A DNA stretch of 64,000 nt from positions 78,412-142,411 of the forward strand of contig CAZBQN010000001.1 in assembly GCA_964494135.1 (NCBI GenBank). The letters run 5' to 3'. Under the pieces are notes generated by a model that saw nothing but the letters and a program-made list of their open reading frames with translations, was not told where the DNA came from and searched no databases. Shown one piece after another: positions 55,116-64,000 of the stretch. The stretch's first letter is position 1. The number at the start of each line of letters is the position of its first letter. This DNA is from an uncultured Ruminococcus sp. Its GTDB lineage: Bacteria; Bacillota; Clostridia; Oscillospirales; CAG-272. The position numbers and the translations under genes are program-made.

Positions 55116-56243
55116 ATGAGTAAATACGATATTGCGGCTTACGTATGGCCGTCATATACCGGGGACGAGCTTCGCTCCCGGATGTTCTGGCCCGAGGGCA
55201 TCGGCGAATGGCAGACCGTCAAGCGTGCAGGGGCGAAATTTGAGGGTCACAATTGGCCGAGAAAACCCCTGTGGGGCTACGTCAACGAGGCTGATCCTGA
55301 GGTCATGGAAAAGCAGATAGACTGTGCCACGGAGCACGGCGTCAACGTGTTCATATACGACTGGTACTGGTTCGACCGCCGTCCCTTTCTGGAGTGCTGT
55401 CTGAATAACGGCTTCCTCGGCGCTGGGAACAAGGACAAAATGAAGTTCTATATAATGTGGGCAAACCACAACGCCAATCACCTGTGGAACAGAGAGCTGT
55501 CCGACACCGAGTGCTCGGAGACGGTCATCTGGCAGGGCGGTATTGACATGCAGGGCTTCCGGGAAATGTGCGACAGACTTATCGACAAGTATTTCGGACT
55601 GCCGAATTACTACACGATAGACGGCTGTCCCGTGTTTATGATATACGAGCTGTCGACCCTCGTTGAGGGGCTGGGCGGCGTCCCGGAAACCGCCGAGGCT
55701 CTTGCCTGGCTGAAGGGGCGTGTCAAGGAAAAAGGCTTCCCCGGTCTGCACCTGCAGATCACCGGCAGAAGCGGTGAGACTTTAAATCTGTCGGGGGTTG
55801 ACGGCGGTCGGGTTATCGACTCCAAAACGGTTATGGAGGCTCTCGGTATCGACAGCTTTTCACACTACCAATACGTGCATATCACCGACATTGACCGCGA
55901 CTATAACGAGGTAATGAAGGACATAAAACGCATCTGGGAGTCCGCGGAGGATACCTACGGTATTCCCTACTTTGCCCACGTTTCTCTCGGCTGGGACAAC
56001 AACCCCCGCTTCAAGAAATTCCGCCCCGGGATTTTAAGGAACAATACCCCCGAGAATATCGAAAAGGCGCTCCGCGACGCAAAGGACTACACCGACCGTA
56101 TGCTGAAGAAGCACCCCGAGCGTCCCGCACTGATTACGATAAACTCCTGGAACGAATGGACGGAGAGCTCCTATCTTGAGCCCGACGACCTGTACGGCTA
56201 CGGCTACCTTGAAGCTGTGAAGCGAGTTTTTATGGAAGACTGA
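55116..56243 (+). CDS. GH99-like / WbsX-family glycoside hydrolase-like protein
   Basis: 375 aa. N-terminal YDIAAYVWPSY...WPEGIGEWQTV...FIYDWYWF resembles the WbsX (PF14307) family. Confidence 0.65.
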   Translation: MSKYDIAAYVWPSYTGDELRSRMFWPEGIGEWQTVKRAGAKFEGHNWPRKPLWGYVNEADPEVMEKQIDCATEHGVNVFIYDWYWFDRRPFLECCLNNGFLGAGNKDKMKFYIMWANHNANHLWNRELSDTECSETVIWQGGIDMQGFREMCDRLIDKYFGLPNYYTIDGCPVFMIYELSTLVEGLGGVPETAEALAWLKGRVKEKGFPGLHLQITGRSGETLNLSGVDGGRVIDSKTVMEALGIDSFSHYQYVHITDIDRDYNEVMKDIKRIWESAEDTYGIPYFAHVSLGWDNNPRFKKFRPGILRNNTPENIEKALRDAKDYTDRMLKKHPERPALITINSWNEWTESSYLEPDDLYGYGYLEAVKRVFMED

Positions 56244-56270
56244 GACGGAAGAAATCCAGAAGAGGTTTTT

Positions 56271-57968
56271 ATGGAAAGCAAGCTATTCGGAATAAAGCCC
56301 TTCGGCGCAACCCCGTCTTCAAGACAGCTGAACCATTTGAAAATGGGAAAAAAGGCGTTCTTCCACTTTGGAGTAAACACCTTCAGCGATAAGGAATGGG
56401 GCGACGGCACCGAAACAGAAAAGCTGTTCAATCCGGAAGACATCGACGTTCGCGGATGGATAAGAGATATAAAGGAAGCAGGCTTTGAGCTGGCGATACT
56501 CACCGCAAAGCATCACGACGGCTTCTGCCTCTGGCCGTCAAAATTCACCGAGCATTCTATCAGGAACAGTCCCTATAAAGGCGGTAAGGGGGACATTGTC
56601 AAGGAATTTACCGACGCCTGCCGTGAGTTTAACGTCAGAGCCGGGCTCTATCTCTCTCCCTGGGACAGAAATTCGCCCTTTTGGGGCAGTGACGAATACA
56701 GCGACTACTACGCAAAGCAGCTGGAGGAAATTCTCACGGGATACGGCAGAATTGACGAGATCTGGTGGGACGGTGCAGGCAGTCAGGATACGCGATACGA
56801 CTGGGAAAAGTGGGCAGGGCTCATAAGGAAGCATCAGCCCGAGGCGGTAATATTCGGCTCAATGGGTGCTACCCCCTACGTAGAAATGAGATGGGTAGGA
56901 AACGAGGCGGGTCTGACGGGAACAACCCACTATGCATCCATAGATGAGAGCTCGCTTACGGTTGAGAACAACTATGAGCTGAACACCGGAAAGCTCGGCG
57001 GCGAGCGTTACATACCTGCCGAGGTTGACGTCTCCATAAAGCCGGGCTGGTTCTATCACAAGGATCAGGACGGCATGGGAAAATCCGCCCGCAGGCTTGA
57101 CGAAATATGGTTCAATTCGGTGGGCAACAACGCGATTATGCTCCTGAACTTCCCGCCGGACAGAGAGGGAAAGCTGGACCCCCGTGACGTGGAAAACGCT
57201 ACCGAATCGGACAGAAGAATGAAAAAAATGCTCTCCGTCAATATGCTGAGAGGCGCACAAATCGAAGCCGACAGCGTATACTGCCCCGAGTGCGGAATAG
57301 GCAACGCAACACTTACAGGCGACGGGCAATTCTACGCGTCCGCCCCCGATAAGAGCCGTGCGGTTATAGATATCACCCTACCTGAGGACGTGCCGCCCGT
57401 AAACGTGCTGACCCTGGGGGAGAAGGTGGAGCTTGGAGAGAGGATAACCTCATTCACGCTTGAAGCTCTCGACGGTGCCGAGCCGAAAAAACTCTGCACG
57501 GGTACCTCGGTCGGCTATTTCCGCGCGATGAGATTTGAAAAAGGCAAATACAAAAGGCTGCGCCTTACCGTAACCGGTGCGATGGCGCCTCTCACTCTGC
57601 GCACCCTCGCGATCGGCATATACGACGAGGACACCTCGGAGGAAGCAAAGCAGATGACCGAGGGCAATCTTGCGGCACTGTCTTCTGCCGAGACCGTCAT
57701 TTCCGAGGACGGGAAAACCGCCGTGATAAATTTCGGCGGCATCTATTCATTTGACACGGTCTGCTTCTTTGGAGGGCATTCGGGCGGCTCGTACAGAATT
57801 TCCGCCTTTGACGGCTCAAAATTCTACACGGTAGCCGAGGGAGCTGCAAAGGAGCACTACGTATGTGCGAAGACCTGCTCACCGATTACCTCATCCTATC
57901 AGGTGAAAATCGAATATGACAGGATGTTCTGGGTTGAGCCCGATTTCAAGGTGTTTCAGTCACAGTAA
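56271..57968 (+). CDS. GH29 alpha-L-fucosidase with a C-terminal discoidin-like region
   Basis: LTAKHHDGFCLWPSK, YLSPWD and IWWDGA motifs of GH29. Confidence 0.85.
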   Translation: MESKLFGIKPFGATPSSRQLNHLKMGKKAFFHFGVNTFSDKEWGDGTETEKLFNPEDIDVRGWIRDIKEAGFELAILTAKHHDGFCLWPSKFTEHSIRNSPYKGGKGDIVKEFTDACREFNVRAGLYLSPWDRNSPFWGSDEYSDYYAKQLEEILTGYGRIDEIWWDGAGSQDTRYDWEKWAGLIRKHQPEAVIFGSMGATPYVEMRWVGNEAGLTGTTHYASIDESSLTVENNYELNTGKLGGERYIPAEVDVSIKPGWFYHKDQDGMGKSARRLDEIWFNSVGNNAIMLLNFPPDREGKLDPRDVENATESDRRMKKMLSVNMLRGAQIEADSVYCPECGIGNATLTGDGQFYASAPDKSRAVIDITLPEDVPPVNVLTLGEKVELGERITSFTLEALDGAEPKKLCTGTSVGYFRAMRFEKGKYKRLRLTVTGAMAPLTLRTLAIGIYDEDTSEEAKQMTEGNLAALSSAETVISEDGKTAVINFGGIYSFDTVCFFGGHSGGSYRISAFDGSKFYTVAEGAAKEHYVCAKTCSPITSSYQVKIEYDRMFWVEPDFKVFQSQ

Positions 57969-58003
57969 TACTCAGATAACAATTTTTGCAAAAACAACGG
58001 AAA

Positions 58004-58040
58004 GGTCTTGTGCTCTTTGCTGTCACAGACCTTTTTTTTT
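58004..58040 (+). terminator. Terminator after the fucosidase gene
   Basis: Stem GGTCTTGTG / CACAGACC (one bulge), followed by a T9 run (58032-58040). Confidence 0.6.
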
Positions 58041-58132
58041 CGGATTTGACGTAACAGTCTTTTTCGTTTAAAACCGGTTGTTACAGACTTTTTCCGATTT
58101 GCGATTTACCGGCACAGACCTTTTGTCTTCGG
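58024..58132 (+). repeat. Four direct copies of YACAGWCTTTT(T)YCG at about 30-bp spacing
   Basis: Copies at 58024, 58052, 58082 and 58113. The first is the 3' arm of the terminator. Confidence 0.75.
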
Positions 58133-58145
58133 AAAAGAATTTGAC

Positions 58146-58175
58146 GGCAGGTGCGCACCTGCCCTGCCGCGGCAG
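58146..58175. repeat. Two abutting perfect palindromes (18 bp and 12 bp)
   Basis: GGCAGGTGCGCACCTGCC (58146-58163), then CTGCCGCGGCAG (58164-58175). Confidence 0.85.
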
Positions 58176-58361
58176 AAATTAAAAGACGAATAAAAAGCCT
58201 CTTGTTCAGAGTGTAATCTGTGGCAGGAGGCTTTTGCATACGAGAAAAACGGCGGTACAGGCGAAGGCGGGGCGGTATTGAGGCTTTTTCTTTCATTTTG
58301 ACTTGCAATAACGTCGCTTTTGTGATAGAATAGCATACGTAGTTTTTCTTTTGGAGAACGT

Positions 58362-59054
58362 ATGATAAAAAACGTGTTTTTTGACCTTGACGACACGCTC
58401 CTTGATTTCAAGCGGGCGGAGCGAGAGTCGCTTATCGGCGCACTTGGGGCAATGGGTATTCCCCACGGTGACGAAATTCTCGATTTATACAGCAAAATAA
58501 ATAAGGAATGCTGGCTGAAGCTGGAGCGAAAGGAATATACAAAAGAAGAGGTACTGACTAATCGCTTTGTATTTTTCTTTTCCGAGCTTGGTATACAGGC
58601 TGACCCGATGACAGCGCGTAAGGAATACGAGCGCAGGCTTGCGGAAAACGGGAGCAGGACGGTCGGAGCTTTGGAGATTTTAGAGGAGCTTGTAAAAAAA
58701 TACCGTCTGTTCGTCGTGTCTAACGGTGTGTCTGCCGTTCAACGCTCCAGAATAAACCGCGCAGGGCTGGATAAATATTTTGAAAAAATATTCATATCGG
58801 AGGATGTGGGCTGTGAGAAGCCGGCTAAGGAATTCTTCGACAGGGTTTTATGCGGACTGACGGGTGTTCTGCCGAAGGAATCCTTAATAGTAGGAGACAG
58901 CATGAGCGCAGATATACCGGCAGGTATGAGCGTAGGAATGTACACGTGCTTATTTAATCCTCGAAAGAAGCCGCTATGTGGCAATATAATCCCGGATTTT
59001 CAAATAGAAAGGCTGTCCGAGATAACGGAGAGAGTAATCAAATCAATAAAATAA
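58362..59054 (+). CDS. HAD-IA hydrolase, YjjG-like nucleotidase
   Basis: DLDDTLLDF (motif I), SNG (motif II) and GDS..ADI (motif IV). Confidence 0.8.
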   Translation: MIKNVFFDLDDTLLDFKRAERESLIGALGAMGIPHGDEILDLYSKINKECWLKLERKEYTKEEVLTNRFVFFFSELGIQADPMTARKEYERRLAENGSRTVGALEILEELVKKYRLFVVSNGVSAVQRSRINRAGLDKYFEKIFISEDVGCEKPAKEFFDRVLCGLTGVLPKESLIVGDSMSADIPAGMSVGMYTCLFNPRKKPLCGNIIPDFQIERLSEITERVIKSIK

Positions 59055-59157
59055 AAAGCGGACAAGCAGGCAGTAAAAATCAAAAAAGCAACATAGCAAA
59101 AGCAGTTAAAACATAGCGATTAAAAATGTAATTAAAGCTTGATAAAGGAAAAAGAAA

Positions 59158-60426
59158 ATGTATTACGGCTACAACATAAGCGACTATACGGCAGATCTGG
59201 CGCGTCGGGCGGAGGCTGACTGTGCCGAGGTGTTCAGGAAAATTGATGAGAATGCCCTAGGCTGGTCGGCAAAGGTGCTGAGTGCTTTCCAGAAGTGCAG
59301 GGTATCATCCGCGGATTTTCTGGAGGTGACCGGCTACGGCTACTACGACGGCGGCAGAGACAAGCTGGAGAAAATATACGCCGAAATCTTCGGGGCTGAG
59401 GACGCTTTGGTACGCCCGCAGCTGATGTCTGGAACTCACGCCCTGTGGGTAACCCTCGGCGCGCTTCTGAAGCCCGGCGACACACTGCTCTATATTACGG
59501 GCGAGCCCTACGACACCCTGAAGAGCGTTATCGGAACGGCGGGTGAGAGTCGGAATTCCTTGATAAAATATGGTGTTAAGTACGAGGAAATCGACCTTAT
59601 AGGAAACGACTTCGACCTTACCGCAATACGGGAGCGCGTGGCAAAGGGTGACGTAAAGGTGGCGGCAATACAGCGTAGCCGCGGCTACTCGCAGAGAAAG
59701 AGCCTGACGATAGACAAGATTTCCGAGGCTATCAAGACGGTGAAGGACGCCTGCCAAAAGACGGTGGTAATGGTAGACAACTGCTACGGCGAATTCACCG
59801 AGGACAGAGAGCCCTCCGAGGTCGGTGCGGACGTTTTCGTCGGCTCGATGATGAAGAACCTCGGCGCAGGATTTGCCGTCAGCGGCGGCTACTGCGTAGG
59901 AAAATCGGATATTATCGAGGATATTGCGGAGAGGCTGACCTCACCCTGTATCGGTAAATCTCTGGGTGCCAACTTCAATCAGCTCGCCTCCTTCTTCAAG
60001 GGCATATTCATGGCTCCTACCACCGTGGCGGCTACGCTGAAATCCATGTCCTTTGCCGCACGCCTCTTGGAGCTGGCAGGCTACTCGGACGTCAGCCCCG
60101 GATACGACGAGAAGCGCACCGACATCGTACAGACGATAGACTTTCATTCGGCGGACAAGCTGATTAAGTTCTGTAAGGGTATACAGATGGGCTCACCGGT
60201 CGAATCCTACGCTGTGCCCGAGCCGGGCGAGATGCCGGGCTATCCTCACGAAGAGATAATGGCGGCAGGTACCTTTGTCACAGGCGCGACGAACGAGCTG
60301 TCCTGCGACGGTCCGGTATGCGAGCCTTACACCGCATATATGCAGGGAGGGCTGTCCTACGACTACGGCAAGCTTGGCGTTATGCGCGCGCTGGACGAAA
60401 TGCTGGATCTATCTCCAAGCAAATGA
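59158..60426 (+). CDS. Methionine gamma-lyase family / aluminium-resistance (YnbB-like) PLP protein
   Basis: 422 aa with N-terminal ...KVLSAFQKCRVSSADFLEVTGYGYYDGGRDKLEKIYAEIFGAEDALVRPQ, typical of this family. Confidence 0.8.
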   Translation: MYYGYNISDYTADLARRAEADCAEVFRKIDENALGWSAKVLSAFQKCRVSSADFLEVTGYGYYDGGRDKLEKIYAEIFGAEDALVRPQLMSGTHALWVTLGALLKPGDTLLYITGEPYDTLKSVIGTAGESRNSLIKYGVKYEEIDLIGNDFDLTAIRERVAKGDVKVAAIQRSRGYSQRKSLTIDKISEAIKTVKDACQKTVVMVDNCYGEFTEDREPSEVGADVFVGSMMKNLGAGFAVSGGYCVGKSDIIEDIAERLTSPCIGKSLGANFNQLASFFKGIFMAPTTVAATLKSMSFAARLLELAGYSDVSPGYDEKRTDIVQTIDFHSADKLIKFCKGIQMGSPVESYAVPEPGEMPGYPHEEIMAAGTFVTGATNELSCDGPVCEPYTAYMQGGLSYDYGKLGVMRALDEMLDLSPSK

Positions 60427-60490
60427 CAATATTTATTTACATAAAGTGTTTAAACGCAAAACATTCACAACAGTTGACAGAGGATGAAAA

Positions 60491-61105
60491 ATGAAGACCT
60501 GTTATATTGTAGGAGCCGGAGATTTCTCGGGATGCCCCGAGCCGAATGAGGATGATTTCGTCATAGCCGCAGACGGCGGATACGAGGCGTTAATTCGACA
60601 CGTGGTACGGTGTGACCTGCTGATAGGCGACTTTGACTCGCTGTCGGAGCTTCCCCCCGCGGCACAGCTCGAAACCGTCAAATACCCTGTGGAAAAGGAC
60701 GATACCGACACCTTTCTCGCCTACAAGCTGGGTGTAGAACGGGGTTATACCCGCTTTCGTATATACGGAGGCACCGGAGGCAGAGGCGACCACACCTTTG
60801 CGAATATATGTCTTCTGCACCACGCCGCCCTCGCCGGTCACGAAGCTACTCTTCACTCAGACGGCTGGGTATACAGAGTTATAAAGGACGGCACTATTAC
60901 CCTCTTTGGCAATCCGGGAGAGCATCTGTCGGTGTTCGCAGTCGGGGGCGAAGCTCAAGGAGTCAGCATAGCCGGCGCAAAGTACGAGGCAAAGGATATC
61001 ACTCTTACCCCGGACTACCCCTTAGGCGTGTCAAATTCTTTCACCGATACAGAGTGTAAAATCTCCGTCAGGGACGGCGCGCTGCTCCTTATGTATCAGG
61101 TGTAA
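60491..61105 (+). CDS. thiN: Thiamine diphosphokinase
   Basis: 204 aa with the GDFDS and KDDTD motifs. Confidence 0.85.
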   Translation: MKTCYIVGAGDFSGCPEPNEDDFVIAADGGYEALIRHVVRCDLLIGDFDSLSELPPAAQLETVKYPVEKDDTDTFLAYKLGVERGYTRFRIYGGTGGRGDHTFANICLLHHAALAGHEATLHSDGWVYRVIKDGTITLFGNPGEHLSVFAVGGEAQGVSIAGAKYEAKDITLTPDYPLGVSNSFTDTECKISVRDGALLLMYQV

Positions 61106-61129
61106 ATATCAAATTACTCACGAAAGCAC

Positions 61130-61158
61130 TTGACAAAGAAAAAACATTGTGCTACAAT
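61130..61158 (+). promoter_or_regulatory. Sigma-A promoter driving the TPP riboswitch / thiT
   Basis: TTGACA (61130-61135), 17 nt, TGcTACAAT (61150-61158). Confidence 0.65.
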
Positions 61159-61164
61159 ATCCTC

Positions 61165-61262
61165 GCCAAGCAGAATAGATCAGGGGCGCCGAAAGGCTGA
61201 GACAGCATACGCTGGACCCTTTAACCTGATACGGATAATGCCGTCGTAGGGAGATTTGGATT
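61165..61262 (+). ncRNA. TPP (THI-box) riboswitch
   Basis: Conserved cores are present: GGGGCGCC...GCTGAGA...ACCCTTTAACCTGATACGGATAATGCCGTCGTAGGGA. It is located in the 5' leader of a thiamine transporter gene. Confidence 0.9.
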
Positions 61263-61332
61263 TTATGACCTTAAATCATACCGCACGGAGTCTGTCTCTG
61301 CGCGGTAATTTTATTTAAGGAGGTTCGTTTTT

Positions 61333-62148
61333 ATGAAACGGACAAACACAAAGAAGCTCATTGAAGCTGCACTGATGGTTGCTCTGGCAACCGTACTTAG
61401 CCTTATCAAGGTGGTTGACATGCCTTACGGCGGCTCGGTCACCCTGGCATCCATGCTCCCCATCATCATCCTCTCCTACCGTAACGGCTTAGGCTGGGGT
61501 ATGGGCGGCGCTGTCGTCTACGCTGTTATTCAGCAGCTGCTGGGACTGAAGAATCTGTCCTACTTCACCACCCCCGAATCTATCATTGCGGTAATCCTTT
61601 TGGACTACATTATCGCCTTTGCCGTTTTGGGTCTTGGCGGTATGTTCCGCAGGGTTGTAAAGCGTCAGTCCACAGCCGTTGTCCTCGGTGCTGTTTGCAC
61701 GAGCTTTATCCGCTACGTATGCCACGTTATCGCCGGCTGTACCGTATGGGCAGGTCTGTCAATTCCCGACTCCGCCGCTTTCTGGTATTCCGTAGGCTAC
61801 AATGCGACGTATATGATTCCCGAGACAATAATTCTCGCCGCAGTTGCATATTATCTGTGCGATACCGTTGACTTTACCAAAGAGGTTCCCGAGCGTATTA
61901 AAAGACGCGCGCACGCCCCCGAGACGTCCATGCTCTATCTCACATCCGGCATCACCCTGCTTGGCGGTCTTATCGCCGACGTGGTTCTCATCACACCCTT
62001 CCTCCAGAATCCGGAAACCGGCTCCTTCGACTTTGCAGGTCTTGCAGACGTTAAATGGCTGGCAGTAGGTATCGTTACCGCCCTCGCCCTTATAATAGGC
62101 ATCGGCGTTTTCGCATACGCCGCTCTCAGGGAAAACTCCAAAGAGTAA
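61333..62148 (+). CDS. thiT: ECF-transporter S component for thiamine (ThiT-like), with a C-terminal extension
   Basis: LIEAALMVALATVLSLIKV...PYGGSVTLASMLPII...R.G..WG pattern, six or more TM helices, and riboswitch context. Confidence 0.75.
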   Translation: MKRTNTKKLIEAALMVALATVLSLIKVVDMPYGGSVTLASMLPIIILSYRNGLGWGMGGAVVYAVIQQLLGLKNLSYFTTPESIIAVILLDYIIAFAVLGLGGMFRRVVKRQSTAVVLGAVCTSFIRYVCHVIAGCTVWAGLSIPDSAAFWYSVGYNATYMIPETIILAAVAYYLCDTVDFTKEVPERIKRRAHAPETSMLYLTSGITLLGGLIADVVLITPFLQNPETGSFDFAGLADVKWLAVGIVTALALIIGIGVFAYAALRENSKE

Positions 62149-62270
62149 ATTCAAAAAACAATCAATACGATACGGAGAGAAAAGCTCAAAAAGGCAAAAC
62201 ATTCCCAGGAAACCGACACGGGTCCGCACTTACCGCAGTTTCCATAGGAATTTTGATTGTACAAATTATT

Positions 62271-62304
62271 AAACTCGACTTTTGATGAGTCGAGTTTTCT
62301 TTTA
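62271..62304 (+). terminator. Terminator after thiT
   Basis: Stem AAACTCGACT / AGTCGAGTTT, then TTTCTTTT. Confidence 0.65.
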
Positions 62305-62419
62305 CTCACGTAAAAACAACTTGCGTTATACATGTTTTTTTGATATAATAAACTCAACGATAAATAAGAATTTGGCGAATTGTATGGAAAATGAAGATAC
62401 ACTGTAAGGAGATAACAAA

Positions 62420-62836
62420 ATGAAAGATTATGTAAGAAAGATAAATTATTACGAAACCGATAAAATGGGAATTACCCATCATTCAAACTACGTTCGTTTT
62501 ATGGAGGAAGCTCGAATAAACTATTTGGAAGAGATTGGTTGTGGTTACGATAAATGGGAGAAGGACGGCATCATTTCTCCTGTTATTGGCATCGAGTGCG
62601 AATATAAGCGCCCAACAACCTTTAACGATGAGATCCGCATCCATGTTGAGATTACAGAGTACAAAAGACTCAAGCTCACTGTGTCATATACGATGTATAG
62701 CACTAAAACCGATGAGGTCGTGTTTGTTGGTAAGAGCCATCATTGCTTTGTGAATGCCGAGGGCAGACCAATAGCACTTTCTCGTCAATATCACGAATAC
62801 GATAAGATAATGACAGATGAACTTAATAGAGAATAA
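62420..62836 (+). CDS. Acyl-CoA thioesterase (4HBT / YbgC-like hot-dog fold)
   Basis: 138 aa with YYETDKMGITHHSNYVRFMEEAR, typical of the family. Confidence 0.8.
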   Translation: MKDYVRKINYYETDKMGITHHSNYVRFMEEARINYLEEIGCGYDKWEKDGIISPVIGIECEYKRPTTFNDEIRIHVEITEYKRLKLTVSYTMYSTKTDEVVFVGKSHHCFVNAEGRPIALSRQYHEYDKIMTDELNRE

Positions 62837-62940
62837 AACAAATTCCAATTTACCGAACCGTTGTGTTATGTGGAAAAATATTTTAAAAGTGTAGCACACT
62901 AACTTTGCAGGCAAAGTCGTGTGTTTTACAAGGCAAGAGG

Positions 62941-62974
62941 AAAAGGCTGACGAAAATTTTTCGTCAGCCTTTTA
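62941..62974. terminator. Bidirectional terminator
   Basis: 26-nt perfect palindrome GGCTGACGAAAAATTTTTCGTCAGCC, flanked by AAAA and TTTT. Confidence 0.65.
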
Positions 62975-63033
62975 TGTCGTCTGAAATAATCCATATTGGA
63001 ACTGCGCTTTCTGCCGACCCTTTTTCTTTTTTT

Positions 63034-63075
63034 GCAAAAAAAGAGGTATCCGCTCTGGGGGGGAGCGAATACCTC
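63034..63075 (-). terminator. Terminator of the 52-aa peptide gene
   Basis: On the minus strand: stem GAGGTATTCGCTC / GAGCGGATACCTC (1 mismatch), followed by a T8-9 run. It starts 8 nt after the stop codon. Confidence 0.65.
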
Positions 63076-63082
63076 GCGCAGA

Positions 63083-63241
63083 TTAGTAAGCTGTGCCGCC
63101 GGTTGTGCTATCGATATCACCAATAGGTCCGTCACCGTAGGGAGGAACTTCGCCCTCACCCGGAGTAAAGGGAACACTGGTTGTGATAACATCATCGATA
63201 CATAGCTTAATCATCTCGCATACAGGAACTTCATATTTCAT
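63083..63241 (-). CDS. 52-aa stand-alone small peptide (below the ORF-track cutoff)
   Basis: ATG at 63241 with a GGAGG RBS 8 nt upstream. It encodes MKYEVPVCEMIKLCIDDVITTSVPFTPGEGEVPPYGDGPIGDIDSTTGGTAY*. It has its own promoter and terminator. Confidence 0.5.
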   Translation of the reverse strand: MKYEVPVCEMIKLCIDDVITTSVPFTPGEGEVPPYGDGPIGDIDSTTGGTAY

Positions 63242-63295
63242 AAAAAACCTCCGTATGTGTTATATGAAATAGAAAGTCTGTTTGATTGCATCTTC

Positions 63296-63324
63296 ATTAT
63301 AACACAGTATTTTTTAAATTGCAA
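63296..63324 (-). promoter_or_regulatory. Near-consensus sigma-A promoter of the 52-aa peptide gene
   Basis: On the minus strand: TTGCAA (63324-63319), 17 nt, TGtTATAAT with the -10 at 63301-63296. Confidence 0.55.
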
Positions 63325-63434
63325 TAGTTTTTTAAGTTTTTTCGAACTTGGCTTTTCGTATGTGCTTTTCAAAATCGGAAGTGATCGGGCACACTGCCGT
63401 CAATGTACCCGGATTTCACGAAAAAACAATACTG

Positions 63435-64000
63435 TCAGCTTCTGCCGTCCTGTCTTTGTCTGTGAGGGGAACGGGATTTGCGCTGACGGATTTTTCTTCT
63501 TGCCGAGGAGCGTTCAAGACCGCGCCTGAACTCCTCCAGCTCCTCTTCCCCTGCAGCCGCAACGGTGCGCTTTGCACGCCAGGTATCGTTGAAATTGCGG
63601 TGCAGCTTCAATACCATGAGCATATCTCCGTCGGTTTTACAGCGAAGGTGGAAGGTGTACTTCTGTCCCTTGGAATGTAAGGTGGGGTCAGGCAATTCAA
63701 GCGCCTTGCCGCACAGCGGACACACTGGCTTTGCGACAACGTCGTCCTCCAGCATCTCGCCTATGGTAACGTAGCCGTCATCCCCGGCATCAGCGTCGCC
63801 GATAACCGAGCTTTCAAGATACTCTCCGCCCGACTCGCTGTACGCCAGAATTCCCTCGGGAACGTTGAGCTTCTGCGCCACGAGCGCGGTAAAATACGCA
63901 TCGTTCAAAGCATCGTGAGCAGGCAGTGTCTGAGGTATTTCAAAGTATTCCATGGCGTACTCCAGCGAGCGTTGCTTGGAACCGCCGTCGGTCTGGGAAT
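63435..64000 (-). CDS. DEDDh 3'-5' exonuclease domain protein (5' end outside the window)
   Basis: The frame stays open upstream of the tracked Met to the window edge. An ExoIII motif (HDALNDAYFTA) is present, followed by a C-terminal Cys pair (CPLCGK) and a basic tail. Confidence 0.7.
   Translation of the reverse strand, partial: SQTDGGSKQRSLEYAMEYFEIPQTLPAHDALNDAYFTALVAQKLNVPEGILAYSESGGEYLESSVIGDADAGDDGYVTIGEMLEDDVVAKPVCPLCGKALELPDPTLHSKGQKYTFHLRCKTDGDMLMVLKLHRNFNDTWRAKRTVAAAGEEELEEFRRGLERSSARRKIRQRKSRSPHRQRQDGRS

Overview
This looks like a chromosomal segment from a spore-forming, strictly anaerobic Firmicute. It is Clostridia-like, with Ruminococcaceae/Oscillospiraceae-style gene content, but I cannot verify the taxon without a database search. 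All calls rest on reading the ORF translations for family motifs, on synteny, and on direct inspection of the DNA. No searches or computations were run.

Gene content from left to right:
- CarD regulator and groES-groEL.
- spoIIAA-spoIIAB-sigF, preceded by a CI/LexA-like repressor switch.
- An Sfp-type PPTase and an orphan sigG.
- A small AT-rich islet carrying a SLOG-like gene and an XRE gene.
- A seven-gene minus-strand cluster: adhE, APH-fold kinase, two [2Fe-2S] ferredoxins, a HydS-type sensory [FeFe] hydrogenase, a PP2C phosphatase and a group-B [FeFe] hydrogenase. A Rex-like box overlaps the adhE promoter.
- A LysR regulator.
- tRNA-Glu(CUC), followed by a roughly 3.1 kb integrase-less insertion bounded by a duplicated tRNA tail plus terminator. 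It contains a 3 x 313-bp tandem array and an AT-rich XRE plus 408-aa membrane/zinc-ribbon cargo.
- A secreted endonuclease-I family protein, an AraC regulator and an RlmD/RumA methyltransferase.
- A cluster of small selfish-type genes and repeats: a four-helix-bundle/IVS protein, a frameshifted HNH gene, and a GIY-YIG gene plus a truncated copy.
- Glycan-related genes (GDPD, GH38, CE4, and later GH99-like and GH29).
- topB.
- The tdk-deoC-deoD-deoB-cdd-pdp nucleoside operon.
- A complete F1Fo atp operon whose c subunit carries a Na+-type ion-binding signature.
- thiN, and a TPP riboswitch followed by thiT.

The most unusual items are the tRNA-Glu insertion with its tandem array, the adhE-linked H2-sensing phospho-signalling cluster, several unexplained intergenic repeat families, and two well-formed stand-alone small-peptide genes.
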